64,000 nt of DNA from Psilocybe cubensis (lineage: Eukaryota): the NCBI GenBank assembly GCA_017499595.2, contig CM039001.1, positions 3,162,001 through 3,226,000 of the forward strand, in the 5' to 3' direction. Below the pieces are notes generated by a model that was not told the origin of the DNA, made no database searches, and saw nothing but the letters and a program-made list of their open reading frames with translations. A program made the position numbers and the translations under genes. This document shows, piece by piece, positions 63,068-64,000 of the stretch (position 1 is its first letter; the number at the start of each line of letters is the position of its first letter).

Positions 63068-64000
63068 TTTTGACGGGTGGGTGGCTGCGTGAAGTTGACA
63101 ATGTCTATGCAACAAAGAGAAAGGAAGAAAGGATAAAATAACCAAAAAGTACTTATTCAACGCTTTTATACTTCTCAATGCTTGATGGGTGCCACATAGT
63201 AATGAGTGCCATTGCTAATCGTGATGGGCCAACATGGGGACACAGCTGGCCCGCGCTTAGTCTAAGACTTACGCAAGAGTGGCACTTAAAGAGGCTAGCC
63301 GGGCAATATACAAACCGTTTTTTTGGCGGCATAGTCAATTATTAAAGACATATACACACAAATGATAAGGCTTACGATTTGTTAAGTCAATCGTGCGTAT
63401 GTGGTCATTCGGATACGTCCTGGCCCCGTCCTCCACGTTGGAGGTGGGCCCACAAATTAGATAGTAATTGATATACAACTATTTTTTGGAGTTAGTGGTG
63501 AATTCAGAATTGTTATACGCACTCGACCATGATTTAAACGCTCAAGTTGGAGATTCCGCTCGAAGTTGACCATGATGGTTGAGGTTAAGTCGGCATCGGT
63601 GATTACATTTACCGATCCTGGGGATAAGGCCTATTATAGTATTAAATCACATGACCTTGATGCAAGGCGCCTCTGGCCCCTGTATATATATAGACAGCGT
63701 GAGAGGGAAAAGTTAAAGATATGCTGCATGTAAGGATTTTCGAGAACAAACTTATCTATAACACTGCACAATTAGCTCTATAAGTCAATAGAGTATCCGT
63801 AAAAAGCTTCCTAATTAAATTTAAAATTGAATGGGAGCGATACATGCACAGTCTCGACTTTGTCAAGTCAACTCCATCAACCATTGACGTACGGGCAACT
63901 CGAAATATACGATGCATGGCTAGCGGGGGCAGTATCTATCTAAATATGCTATAGCTGTGCTCCTCGGCCTCCGTATTCTGGAGATACTTTCTCAGCCTTA

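Noticed and set aside
1-64000. Prokaryotic-type systems (CRISPR arrays, operons, defence islands), autonomous transposons, secondary-metabolite cluster
   Set aside because: The sequence is spliced eukaryotic DNA. No repeat-spacer array, transposase/RT/integrase ORF or PKS/NRPS/terpene synthase was recognised.

Overview
Eukaryotic, intron-rich fungal DNA. The ~50-60 nt GT-AG introns and the gene families present point to an agaric basidiomycete (inferred; species not determined). Conserved housekeeping genes are calcineurin B (partial), the MSS1/MnmE GTPase, a WDR89-like WD40 protein, SWD1/RBBP5, a Pho85-type cyclin, NEP1/EMG1, SEC14, an alpha/beta-hydrolase, a GNAT and an intron-containing tRNA-Leu(CAG). 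These alternate with accessory families: a DUF6535 membrane protein, five F-box-like genes (two in an exact head-to-tail 2.4-kb duplication, one copy frameshifted) and two tandem DUF1399/GRDP genes. The most striking unexplained feature is the 704-nt first intron of SEC14. It holds a ~510-nt nested multi-helix RNA fold with sense-strand G-U pairs, plus a candidate 15-nt microexon that could take part in mutually exclusive pairings. Other oddities are a ~215-bp fold-back element downstream of NEP1, an in-frame TAG 18 codons before the natural end of the GNAT, a structured element right after the stop of a small Ser-rich gene, and two GC-AG introns. Gene models were assembled by eye, so exon boundaries and family names need confirmation.
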